A stretch of 64,000 nucleotides of DNA from NCBI GenBank assembly GCA_965202585.1, contig OZ241826.1, forward strand, positions 248,001 to 312,000, given 5' to 3'. This DNA is from Thalia democratica (lineage: Eukaryota). Of the stretch, positions 1-13,000 are shown piece after piece. The notes below the pieces were generated by a model. The model did not search any database, was not told where the DNA came from, and was given only the letters and a program-made list of their open reading frames with translations. Position 1 is the first letter of the stretch. Each line of letters begins with the position of its first letter. A program made the position numbers and the translations under genes.

Positions 1-3000
1 TAAACATGATCAAATAAATTTTGTAATGTTTAAGCTTTGATTTATTAATCTTTAAAAGGTATTTAAACGCACATTACCTACCGGTATGAAACAAAAATTT
101 CCTAACAATACAAAAAGGTTAACGAAGTTTATTTTACCGTTCGATTTAAAAGAAAATTAAAAGAAATATTTGTAATTAATTAGATTACATCACTTAAAAC
201 GTTTTGACGTCGGAAAACGTGAAATTTCAATTTTCTTTGTTGTTTCAATTAATTTGATTTGACGTCAAAAATTTCGACGTAAATATTTCAAACAAAATAT
301 ACTTTTAATTAAAAAATATTTCGTTTTATTGGAGGTCTTATAAGCTCGTTAGAAACAACAAAATATTTTTTTAATAAAATATATACAAATAAAATATATT
401 TGTAATTTTGCATTTTTAGTTTTGTTTACAGAATCAAGGCAATATATATAGTTGTTAAAATATATAAATAAGAAATCTTTTAACAAAAATTTGGTCATTG
501 TTTATACACAATGTATAATCTTAATTTAGCATACTTTTTTCAGAAAGTCTGATTGAGCACCTCAAGAACAAATAAAACCGTTATAGCTTGAATAAAATAA
601 ACTAAAAATCAGATGTTAACAACATATTTAAGTCTTGTATTAAATAAAATTTATAAGAAAATTACTCGCAAAATAATTTAAAAAATACAAAGTTTTACAA
701 AATACAAATTAAGTTTAAAATACTTACTAGTAAAAAGTTAAAAAAAAACTGACTAAATAATCTAAGAACAGTAATTTGGTTTCAGATAACATTTTTTTTC
801 AACTTTCAAACTAAATTAACTTTGTTTTTACCTTTGGAAGAGGCTTGGTAACTCTAGATTAATTAACAAAAGTATAAAAAACGTAAAAAAGTATAAAAAA
901 GTACTTTAGTATTAAAAACAAAACTCAAATGCATGGCATGATTTAAATTCAACTTAACTTAGCTACAAAAGTTGTATTTTTTTATGAATATCTTAAAACT
1001 TTTTTTGAAAAGTACAAGAAAAATAAGCTTTTTTTTTGAAATGAAAAAATATGTAGTCATTAAGATATGGACTTTAAATTTTAGGTGTTAATTAAGTTTT
1101 GTTTTTTACTTAAAATTTAGATATCTTGCTTAAAGTAAAAGGATTAAGACTAAAAAGTTTTTACACATTGAAAATTTCCAATGTTACAATTAAAACTGTT
1201 TTAACAACTTTGTTTGGTTTTTATTTAAAAATGTTAAACCTCATTAACGTTTTCAATAAAAAAGTTAAGTTGAAAACATTTGTTAAACAATAATTGCACG
1301 AACTATTAATAATTTATTAACATTAAAAATTAGAAGTGGAAATTTACAATAAGATAAAATCACGAAATAGTATCATTACATGAAGACTACATAAATTAAC
1401 AATTACAGCTACATAAAGTACTTCGCTAGAAGACAAATAAATTACAATTTACTTTGTTTTCGGCTTACAATATTAATTAAGTTTTGGCGTTATGATTAAG
1501 TACGAACTATTACAAAATCTTTTCGTAATAAATCAGTTACATCATATTTAAAAAACTTTACATTTAACTTTCAAAATGAAAATAAGTATTTGTTGTTGAC
1601 TATAGTTTTGAAAGTTTTTGTTTAGGGTAAAATTTTTTTTGTACAGCAACAACTAATGAATTTTATAAACACCTATAAAAAATTAAAATATTTGTGTTGA
1701 AAATTATTGTACACATCTTTACTAAAACTACATGACTAGTATTTATTATACTACATGACTTTAAAAATAAAGCAAAACTAAAAGTAGTTTAACTATAAGT
1801 TATTTAGTTTAAATTTAAAATTAAAATTTGAAATATATCACTAAACTAGTTTAATGAAGCTTTGTGCTAAACATAAACGAAAATTGAATAGTCCATTTGT
1901 AAAAATATTGCTTACGGTAAGTTATTAAAAAAATATGTTTAATGAAAACTTTTAATAGTGTATTTTAAAATATGTTTACGTCTTTATCTTTTATGTAAAA
2001 CGTTTAAACGAAATCAATAACTTAAAGTTTTTATTGTCTTATACTAAATCATTTTAAAGGCTTTTAATTATTGCATTAACTATTGAAAATGACTTTAAAA
2101 TAAATAAAAAACCAACTTAACATGAGTATGACTGTTCTAAAGTTGTATCTGAATATTAAAATTTGTATAATTATATCATATTTTTTATATTTTCCTAAAA
2201 AGTTACTTTTAAGGTTGTGTTATTTTTATCGGTACTTTAAACTGTAAATTTTCGTTTAACACCATAAACGCTAGTTTAAGTATTTAGTTAATGCTTATTC
2301 TAAGCAAAAAAAAAAAGGTTTTTGTATTTTTTAATTTAAAAATGTACTTCTCTTAAATTGCACTATAAAGTTATCCAAGCTTTAACTAATTAGTTTATGT
2401 TAAGTAAAATTTTGTATAAAAATCTTTAACAATTTTAAATTTTTTTTTTTCAAAATCTAATACAATATTTCATACCATTTGAAATTATTCAAAAAATAAC
2501 ATAGTATAAATAATAGTATAATTATACTAATCGCAAGTATAACAGATTAATAAAGTTGAACATAATTCATTACTTTGAATAATATGTTTTAATCCCTTTA
2601 TAATGGTTTAACGATATTACAAAGAAGATTTTTGTAATAAAACAATTACATCATACTTAAGAACTTACAGTGTTAAAAGACATCCAACATAAAACTAATT
2701 TATTTTGTTTTGTGTTAGTCTTAATTAACTTTTTTGATGTAAAGATAAAATTTAGCGGTATTACCAATGTGTTTTGTAATAATATAAATTACATCATCTT
2801 TAAAATTTTCTCGTGTTAGAATATATTGTAAAAATTAATAATTCCTATTAAAATAAAGTTTAAGCTTCAATCAAAAATTTAGTTAATTTTTAAGTTTTAT
2901 ATAGAACTTTCTATTTTTTTGGTGTTTGAAATTTTAAGGTATTTGAAAAAGTTTAAAAAGCTTATTTACCTATTTTATTGTTTGGTTAAAAGTGTAGAAT

Positions 3001-6000
3001 TATTAAGGAAAAAGATAGATCGTATAAAAAACAATAAACATAAAACTAAAATTTCATCATAGTTCCTTAGAATTTTTATTAATTTATATATTTTTGAGCT
3101 TCGTTTTCTCTAAGTAAAGTTATAAAGAATCTAAACTATAAAAACAATTCAAAATAAAACTAGATCAAAAATTGTATAAATAATGTGTTTTATGAATCTG
3201 TATTATTACTTTACATTTTTGAAATTAAAACACAGTCTCTACAAACACTAAATTATGATTAAATACTTTAGAAAAAATCTTGAATTTCTTTTCGATTTCT
3301 AAAAGATGTCGGTTCAAACTCACATAAATTTATTTACAAAATTGTTTCATTAAAGTATTTTTTTTACTTATAGACATGAAATTTTACTTTGATATTTTCA
3401 AAAAAATTACCAAGAACGTCTGAAAAATAATTAGCGGTTGGTAAACTAATATAGAATTTAATTAATTGTAAATTTAAAACTTTAATTTGATTTCATACCT
3501 TCTAATATACATTTTCGTGCTAAAAGTTCATTGTTAGCGCAAAATAACTCATTTATAAAAAATATAAAGATTTTAATACACGCAAAAAAGTCTTTATGAG
3601 TTGAAAATATTTTAAACTAAAATATTAGTGATTGAAAAACAAAATTTAGATGAAAAAAAGTTATAACTCTTAACCAATGTTGTTTTTATTTTTGAAAAAA
3701 AAAACCGCAGAAGCTGTTTATAAACAAACATTATTTGAAATATAAATGATGATTGACTTTTTTTAATACGAGTATGAATTAAATAAAACTTTTTAGAACA
3801 TTATTAAAACCGAATAGTAAAAAAATAATCTAATTTTCTGGTAATTAAATTTGTTTATGGTTGTTAAAGATTTCATCACCGATTAAAAAGCTCTTCTATT
3901 TTTAAATCCTAAATATTTAATTGACATCCAGTAATATTAAAAAAAAGCGTATAATAGCATAAACAAATACGATACTTGTTCATAAAAGTTGATAAAATCT
4001 TCTCATTTAACTTTACAGTAGAAATTATTTATTAATATTTTCTTAGACTCACTAAGATAAGTTTATAAAAATACATGTGACGCTAAGAGTTTTAAACTTA
4101 TTCATCAAAACAAAAATAAAAGCTGCAACTACTTATAAATTTAACTACTTCTATTTCTGTATCAAAAGTTATAGTTTTACCTTAAATTAAAGTTTTTTAT
4201 GACAAAAACGTTTGAAGTATTAGTCAATTATTTCAAGCTTTGTTAGTAAAAAAAAAAAACTTTCTTACTAACCAGACCAATAGATTTTTTTACACTTTAT
4301 GTTCTTTGTGAGCTTTTAGTTACGAGCGTCAATTTATTTTTAGTGTTTTATAAACTATAATCCCAACAAGAAAAGTTTAGTAGGTGTATAATAAAACTTT
4401 TCAACATTTGAAAAATCTTCAAATACTTTCTTCAAGTTGGAGCAATGATAAGAGTTAAAAGAAATATTTTTGATAAATAGTACAAAAATATATTTGTGTT
4501 GTTAACTGTAATTAAAGGAGTAAACAAACTTTGCAAAAAAATATGTATCTTAGAAAGCTTTCAATTTAAACTTTAATAGTGTTTAGTAGTTATATCATTA
4601 TGTTTAATAGTTAATGCTTTATTTTCTTTTATTAAAAGTATAAGTTTTAAAGTACTTATCTATATATTTTAATTTATAAAAGTTAAGTTCAGTTATTGTA
4701 AAAATCACTTCTTTAAAATTATTAAAAAACTCTACAATAGTTTATTTAAGTATTCAAATGTAAAATGGTTTTATTTTGCAAGTTAAATTATTAAATAAAA
4801 TAAAAATTACCCTTTTAGCACAAAATAGTGAAAAAAATAAATTTCGTGAAAATTTTTCAGCGTATTACAGTTTACTTTCTTTAAAGAGGTTGTAACTTAT
4901 AATTCAAACATCCACACGTTTGCTATTAGTGTTGTTTATTTCCCTTTAAAAGTTAATTTAAAATTATATATATATATTTACTTGTTCTTATGTTACTAAA
5001 CAAGATTCATAGTACATTATTAAACACAAAATTCAGTTAATTTTTGTTCAGTTTTATTTTCTTTCATTTTTAATTTTGTTTAACTGATTGTTTTATTAGT
5101 AAAGATTTAGGTGTTTAAATGATAAAAAAACTATGTGTAATAGCTCTTAAGAAACTTTATAAGTATGTGTGTACGACCCGATAACCGAAAGCTTCCTTTG
5201 TACACCAGGTCTTTAGACCAAACTTTTTGAGCGCTTTTTTTATCCTTCAATAAAATATAATGATCACATCTATTAAAATTTTGTTTTCGACACAAGTTAT
5301 TAATCTTAATTTGTGCTTAAGTTGTTGATATTTAATAGTATTCTAAGCATTACAAAAAAAAGGCAGACATTCATAAAAAAACTGTAAAAATTGTTTTTAA
5401 CTTATCAGAGGTTTGTTTTAGTTTAGTCTGCTTAATTTAGTTACTAGTGAACTAATAAAAATTAAGCAAATTTTAAATTTAATTTTAATTGACAACCGTT
5501 AACAACCCCAATTCAATACGATTTGGCAAAAACAATAATAGTTTTCTTAGTTGATATTCAGTAATTAATTTGTCTTTTTAATTACTTTACTTTTGTCGAT
5601 ACTCAAGTTTTTATTTAAACTATTTACTTAAAAAAAAATTAGATTGTTTTACCACTATGTTAAATTTACTTTCTGATAAAACTGTTTTATTTATCGAATT
5701 TTGTTAAAAACTGGTTCTTTATATATAAATAAAAATAAAGCAAATATAAAGCCATATAAAAGCAAAAACCAAACATTGTTATAAAATCAAACATGTTTTT
5801 AATGGGCTTCTTTTACTTAATACTTGTTCAGTAATTTTACACTTACTTTAAAGCTTAACATGAATTTTTTAATGAAAGTAGTCATGTTTAATTTGTTACA
5901 CTTAAAATTAATTCAATTTACGCAAATTTTTTGCATTGAAGTTGACCAAATTAATAAAGAGTGACACTTTTAGAAGTTAACTTTCATAACTTTTTCATGT

Positions 6001-6002
6001 TT

Positions 6003-6436
6003 GCTTGGCGATAAACTTTTTATAATTTGTTTACAATGCTAACCATTTGATTTATAATAAAATTAAAAGTCAGCCTAAAATGTATCAACTGACTTTATGA
6101 TAATTTTTATTTTACAAAACAATATTGTTGCAGCTTAGATTAGATAAATAAATGCGATTTTAAGTTAGATATTTTTATTGAAATTAAAATATCATGATCA
6201 TATAAAACTCATTAAATGTTTGTTTGGCGATATGCTTTTTTAATTTATTTACAACATTACTTATTTGATTAACAATAAAGTTGAAAGTCAGCCAAAAGTG
6301 TATTATTTTTTTCACTTAAAAAATTGCTAGTTTTTTACAAGTCTATATATTACTACTTGATTAAATAAAAATATGCAGTCTAAAGTTTTAATTTTTTATT
6401 AAAATTAAAATATCATGATCATACAAAACTCATTAA
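6003..6436. repeat. Diverged ~220-bp tandem duplication downstream of the gene
   Basis: AAATTAAAATATCATGATCATA(T/C)AAAACTCATTAA at ~6181 and ~6402; TTGGCGATA...AAAGTCAGCC blocks repeat at the same spacing. Confidence 0.7.
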
Positions 6437-6505
6437 CAGCGGTAGGCAACAGAAAGTAAAAAGTTAAAAATAATAAAGCTTTTTACGAATATTCCCAGGT
6501 TGTTT

Positions 6506-6511
6506 TTTATT
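6506..6511 (-). terminator. Candidate polyadenylation signal AATAAA
   Basis: First minus-strand AATAAA I found downstream of the stop (~390 nt); weak evidence in AT-rich DNA. Confidence 0.25.
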
Positions 6512-6898
6512 TTAAATATTAGAAACTTCAAAGGCGAAATATAAATAACGAAGCAAAAATTACCTATTACTGAGGCGGGGGTTTTGAAAATAAAAATAAA
6601 AAAACTTTTTTTTTTTAAATTAAGGCCTTAATGCTCGTAAAAGGCTTTTTATGTTTGCATTTTGGCCCCTTGTATGTTCGTGTGCGTGGTTAAAAAAACA
6701 AAAAGTCCATTTTGGCGTTTTGGTCGCATTTTTGAGACAAAAAAAAAGAATAAATGACAAAAACTTGCAAAAGTAAGAAAAAACAAAAGATTCGTAATAT
6801 TAAGAGGCAAATAAAGAGAGAGGCGCGAAATATGAAAGCTGTCCATTTGCTATATTTTCCTTATGACGTCATCCATTTAATTTTTGTGCATTATGACG

Positions 6899-7051
6899 TC
6901 ACTTTCCGCAGTTGGCTTCGGGCAGGGCCGCGGAGAGTTCTTCCAGCTGCGCCCACGACTCGATCTCAAAAACGTCCCTGGGGTCCTCGACCATGTCTCT
7001 CAGCGAGTCCTGGCACCGCGGGTCGAACGAGGGCAGCCCGACCACGTACAA
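6899..7051 (-). CDS. Exon 48: vWA C-terminus and stop
   Basis: [50 protein letters not shown]; no transmembrane segment or obvious GPI signal; the stop TGA lies inside TGACGTCA. Confidence 0.9.
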   Translation of the reverse strand: MYVVGLPSFDPRCQDSLRDMVEDPRDVFEIESWAQLEELSAALPEANCGK

Positions 7052-10000
7052 CTGTTGAGTGTTTAAATATTTGTTAAATAGAAGAAAAAAAATCATTTGG
7101 TTAGCTTTATTTACACGATTTTTCTTTAGATTTAAAGTTTTCAAATTGAAAAATAACTGTTGAGGAAAAATTTTTTCAAGGGGTTCTTAAAACTTATCTA
7201 GAGAAATTACACTTAACAACTTTTTCTGTGTTCTATTAATTTTATGTTATGATAATATTTACTAAATAAATTTTACTGAAGTTCAACTTTATACAGTAAA
7301 GTGCTTAAACGAGCTAGACAAAAAGCTTAAACAAATCTAGTATAATTTACTTTTAATTTTTGTAATCGCGTTAGTAAAGCAGTTAAACGAACAAATTTTT
7401 CGCACAGTGTTTCTATAGTTTTTCTTTTCAATATTTTACTACTTTAATGTTTTTGAAATACAAATTCGAACCTTGATGCCCCTCCTTCTGATTCTCTTGA
7501 GTCCTTGTTGGAGGTAGTATCCCTTATCTGTCCTGCATCCATCTGTGGCCAGGATGATGTCGTGATCGATGTTGTCATCCCTGCCTGGGAAACTTCTCAT
7601 ACCTGATTTAAATAGTTGTTTGTTGAACGACGCTCAAAATATTAGGACCTGGTGCACGAAAAAACCTTTCAGTTATCGAGTCGCACACCACGGACACCTT
7701 TTAATGTCTTGTCCAGGACTTTTGTGTTGATTAATACATGTTATCAATAACCAATTAATAACCATAAAAAAAAAACTCAATACAAATTGTTAATAGCTAA
7801 AAAGTAACCTCAGTTTTTAATGTTATAATCAATGAATTCACTTATCTCAAATAAAGCTAGACAAACTAACTTAATAATTATTGCCAAGTTTATGCAATGA
7901 TTAAAAAAAAAAATCAATACTTTTATTTAGTAAGTTCACAGTAGTTTGTATGTTTAAGTGTTATTTAAGTATGCCTTCTCTGTTTTGATATTTCAACTAA
8001 ACACTTTGTGAAAGTGTAAAGCTTGTAGGTAGTGCAAGAATGGGAAGCTTTGTAAACAAGTGGACTAGCAGTTCACATTAGTTTAAATCGTGTTGTTTAG
8101 TTAATAATATCACTAAAAACATCTATTGTTATTAAAACTTGTAACTAGAATGGTTCATAAAAAAATCGGATTATTTAATTAAATCCCTGATTTGAACTTT
8201 TATAAAGGTCAACTTTAAACGTTTTTTAATTAAATTTAAAATTTATTCAGTTTTATCTTTTTGGTTTTCTGCGTAAATCTGATGTTTTTTTTTTAATCCT
8301 GTTAGACAAAATCTCAACTTCTTAAGCTAGCTGATAGTAATTACATAATTTATTAAAGCGGTTTACAGATAATATTAATAATTAAATTAATGTTCAAATA
8401 GATTATTGATGCTGCTTTAAACTAACTTTCCTAAGTTAGGCTGATAAAAATTTAACTGTTTAGCTACGTCAAGCAAAAGTTGAAAAGTTTTAAACTTTAG
8501 CTGAATTAGTTTTAATTAAATAAATTTTACAGTCCTTAAGTAGGTTTAAAATCCAATAACACTTGAAAAAAATCTAATTTTTACAAAATTCAGTTTTTTT
8601 TAAATATCTTAATTAATTACGATCTTATTAACATTTAATTTTTATATCAAAGGTTGATATCATAACAGATGATTTAAAAATATTTCAATCCCGTCAGGTT
8701 TTAATGCTAATGGTGGGAAAATCTGACCAAAACTCTTTCATTTAATTAAGTAAAAATTTAAACACGAACTTTTAATAGCTTGATGACTAATTGATTAACA
8801 AACTTCAATTAAAATTTCATCAAAATATTTTGACTTAATTATCTGATGAGCTTAAAGTATGTTAAAATTTCATGTTTTATTTGTTTGAAAACTTTTAAAG
8901 TTTCAAACATTAAAATAACTTTCGCTTTTAAATTTATTTACTCATATACAAATATAAGTGAGTATAGTATAAAAGTTGCTTAATAATTATACTTCATAAA
9001 CATTTCCTTCATGTTTATTATTTTTAAGTATATTTTAATACATATATGAATTATAAGTTTGTAAAAGTTGAAGTTAAAGCTTGAAAAGATTGTTTTTATA
9101 TGCAAGGCTGCTACAATTAGTCGTGGCATTAAAAAATTGTTGTCGAAAAAAAAAACGAAAAATATTTTTAATTGATTTTTTTCCGGTCTATGAAAATATT
9201 CACTGAGTTATGTCATTACTGAATATCGGAAAAAGTTTTGTAAACATTTCAAGATTTTGAACACAAATAAAATATTTAAATAAAAATATAAAGTGCCTTG
9301 TTTATAAGACAAACAAAATTTTACGTATATGAAGAAATTTAGAACAAGTAAAATATAAACTGCTCTTGGTAAAGTTAATTTTTATTTGTGGTTAGTAAAC
9401 AGTTTTTTTGAGATATTTTTCAGGGAAAATTCGTTCTGCAACAAATAAACTCAAAAGACAGTGAAAATTTTTGATAAAATTTGTTTTTAATTAATACTAG
9501 CTGTTGTGTACAGCTGTCATAACAATGTTTTTATTGAGGTGATTTTATTAAAAGTATTTAAAGTTTGGTTGTTTTGAAAACACAACTTTATAATGTGAAG
9601 CAGTATTATAAGGAATTTGATAAAAATTAGTTTCTGACATTTATAATTTACCATAAAACAAAAAATTAAAAACCTTATTTGTTTACTAATGCCGACACAA
9701 TGGTTTTATTTTTCTGGCGTAATTAACTTTTTTGGTTGTTTTGTAAATAGTGGTAGAACCTTAAAAACAAAGATTAGGAATAAAACAAAGACTTTGCAGG
9801 TAAATGTTTTACAAAAACAGATTAAAATTTAAATAGTTTGGTTTAGTTATTAATACTTATTACAAACAGCTGTCAATATTGTGTTTATGTTTTGAGCTTA
9901 GTTTGTATTCATAATTCTGTTTGCCTATAAAAGAAATATTTTAAAACACCTAAAAGTTATTGAAGTTTTCTTCCTAATTTTTAACACACCTTAGAAACAA

Positions 10001-13000
10001 AATTTTTAATATTTACCAGATTATTTTGAGTGTACTGTTGTATATATACTGTTCTAATTTTTATTAGTGTGACACAATAACACAAAACTATTTATAATAC
10101 TATTAAACAATAGATTAAGTTTTGACAAAACTTGTCTAATTATAATAAGTTATTGTTTATACGTGTCAATTTAACTATTTTATTTTAAGATATTTTAGGT
10201 GTTATATGGTTATACACTGAAATTACTTAAAATATGGAAAAGGCATAGTCAGTTATAAATAGCAAAAATTTATCGTCAGAAATACTAACTAAATATGCAT
10301 TATTTTCTTTAGTTTTGTAAGTTATAGAAGAAAAAAAGTTGTTGGAAAAGAACAAACTAATGTTTGAAATAAACACTCTATAGTTAAGATTAATAAACAA
10401 AGATAATTTTCAAAGAAAAGCTTAAGGTTCTGTTCAGTATATAAACCACTTTTTTATAGAGGATTTAAAAGTAGATTAAGCATTTGTAAAAGTAAACTAA
10501 ATCTTAAGATTGGTGGAAATTGTTTACCTTCTTGGAGTAACATTTTAAATTTCTATTTATTTATATAATTAACCTGGTAACAAAAATTAACTCTAAAGTT
10601 CTTAATTTTAAGTTAAAAACCCTAAATAACAACCAATCAAACCTTCGGATTGTTGGAAAGTCCACTGGGACGCGTCCCTCAGAGCGGATCCGATCTTGGA
10701 CCTGTACCCGCCGTGGAACCGCGACCTGTCCATGGCTTTCAGCAGGGACGGCAGGTCCTGGTACGAGTCGAATCCGAACTGCTGGCGCGTGAACCTGGCG
10801 AATGACATCATGGCGAATTGCGCCCCCTGTGGACCGACCCCGTGGGGCACTGACGACGCTACCGCCTGTTGAGAAAATTTATATTTCAAGAAACAATTGT
10901 AAATTTTATTTATTGGGGATGCTATTAAAATTTTAATTAAATTACAATTATAACAATAACGCTTTTTTATTTTTACCTTTTTCATCAAAACTACATAATT
11001 GCTGCTAACAGAGTTTTAAGTTGATATTTATTGTAGACAACAGCTAGCAGCTACAATGAAAAACTTTAATTTTTTCTAGAGACTTTTTGAATTTAAATCT
11101 ATAAAACTGTTTACAACTTTTAGCGTCTAACTTACCTTGAAAAGACCCTTGATTTTATCATAATTGACCCAACCAATAGATCCGGACTCATCACCAACAA
11201 CAAGAATATCTCGCTTTCTTGATCCTAAAACAAATAAACAATACCGTCAGTTGTGCAAACAAAAGCTTTATTTATTCGATCTTAGAATCTTTTGAAGTTG
11301 TATAAACTACTTATAAATGTTCTACGAAGATAAACAAAAGAAAGTTTTAAAATTTTAGTTTCAAGTTTTAATAATCCAAATGGTAGAAATTGTTAAAAAC
11401 TAAGTGTAACATTGCTTTGTTATCTTTTAAATTAAAAAGCCATCATAAGCAAGTGTTCAGGACAAACTGTAATAACAATTTATATTTTTAGTTTAATTTT
11501 TTAATAAAAACCTCTGTTGACGAAATTGGCTTTGAATCTGCATATAAAATTGTCTGAAGGTAGCTCATCTACTTCGCATTCTGTAAAATGAAAATTTATA
11601 TCAAACTAACATATTTAAGTATATTATGTGTTTTGGTTTTAAGAAAACAAATAGAGAGATCTCAACTGCTGGAGGAGAAGTAATATATTTATTCTTTCAA
11701 AAATTTATTTTACAAACTAAGTTTTGGTCAATAATCAAAAATTTATTGTACAAACTAAGTTTCGGTCAAAGACTTTGACCGAAATTTAGTTTGTAAAATT
11801 AATTTTTGAAAGAATAAATATATTTAAGTATATTATAACTTTTGTGATAAGTTTAGTAAAGGTTTCTGAACTTATTGCAAGTTTGTAAGTTACATTAAAA
11901 TCACTACAAAAAAATATTTTTCTATTTAATCATCTGGTAAGCAATTTTAGTTTAACACCAATACAATCTTATACATATTTCGTTAGAAGCTATTACTTCT
12001 GGAAAAACTTTACCAATAATAATATAAATAATATAATACATTATAAATTATATAAAACAAATAAGTAACCTTCTTCATTAGAAGCAAGTACTTCTGGGCA
12101 AGCTTTTCCAATAATAATATAAATAATATAAAACATTATAAATAATATAAAACAAGTAAGTAACCTTCTTCATTAGAAGCTAATACTTGTGGACAAGCTT
12201 TTCCAGTACCTACAGCTGCTGATACGACAATTTCAATCTGTGTCTTCAGTCCATCGACGCATTCACTCCATGGTGATAGCTCCGTTACACAGTCAGCACA
12301 CGCTGTAAGAATAAAGAGGATAACATATAGTTCAGTTAACATTTGAAAAACAAACTTACACTTATTGAAAAAAAAAACGTTTATTAATGATATTTACAGT
12401 TGTTAAGCTTTTATATGTATGCTTTATAATTTTGTTGAACTAAATACAAGTATAAATGGAAAACGGTTTTTTTATCAATGCTAACAGTTTAGTAAAAGAA
12501 GTACTCTTATAATTATTTAAGAGTTTGTAAATTTTGCAAAACTAGCAACAGAAGAAACTTTACCTAACTTGCTATTATACTTTGTTAGCTACAAGCTTTA
12601 AGCAAAATAAAACAAACTCTAGGTGTCAGACTTGAGTCTTGGAGTTAGACTTACATATCTATTAAGAATATACTTTTTGTTTTTAATATAACCTCAATGG
12701 AAACATGGTGTGTTACTTTTTTTTTGGTAGTTTTACTCCTTAGTTTTCCACGAGTTTTTTTAAAAAGGTAGTATTTATAAATATATAAAGTTACACAAAC
12801 ATTGAGTGTCGGTTTTGAGCGCAGGGCATGCTTTTCCAACACCTTTGGGGGTGACCACCACAATTTGGCTCTTTGACATTTTTCCGTTGACACATGATGA
12901 ATATTCTTCCTCCCATTGGACAACGCAGTTCACACAATCTGGTTGGTTAATATTAATATTTTAGTAAAATTATGTCGTAATTAAACAATACAGAATATTA

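Noticed and set aside
1-6800. Search for a neighbouring gene, RNA genes or an autonomous transposon downstream
   Set aside because: Uniformly very AT-rich, with only short dispersed repeat motifs (TTGTAAT..ATTACATCAT) and no exon-like, tRNA-like or transposase-like sequence.
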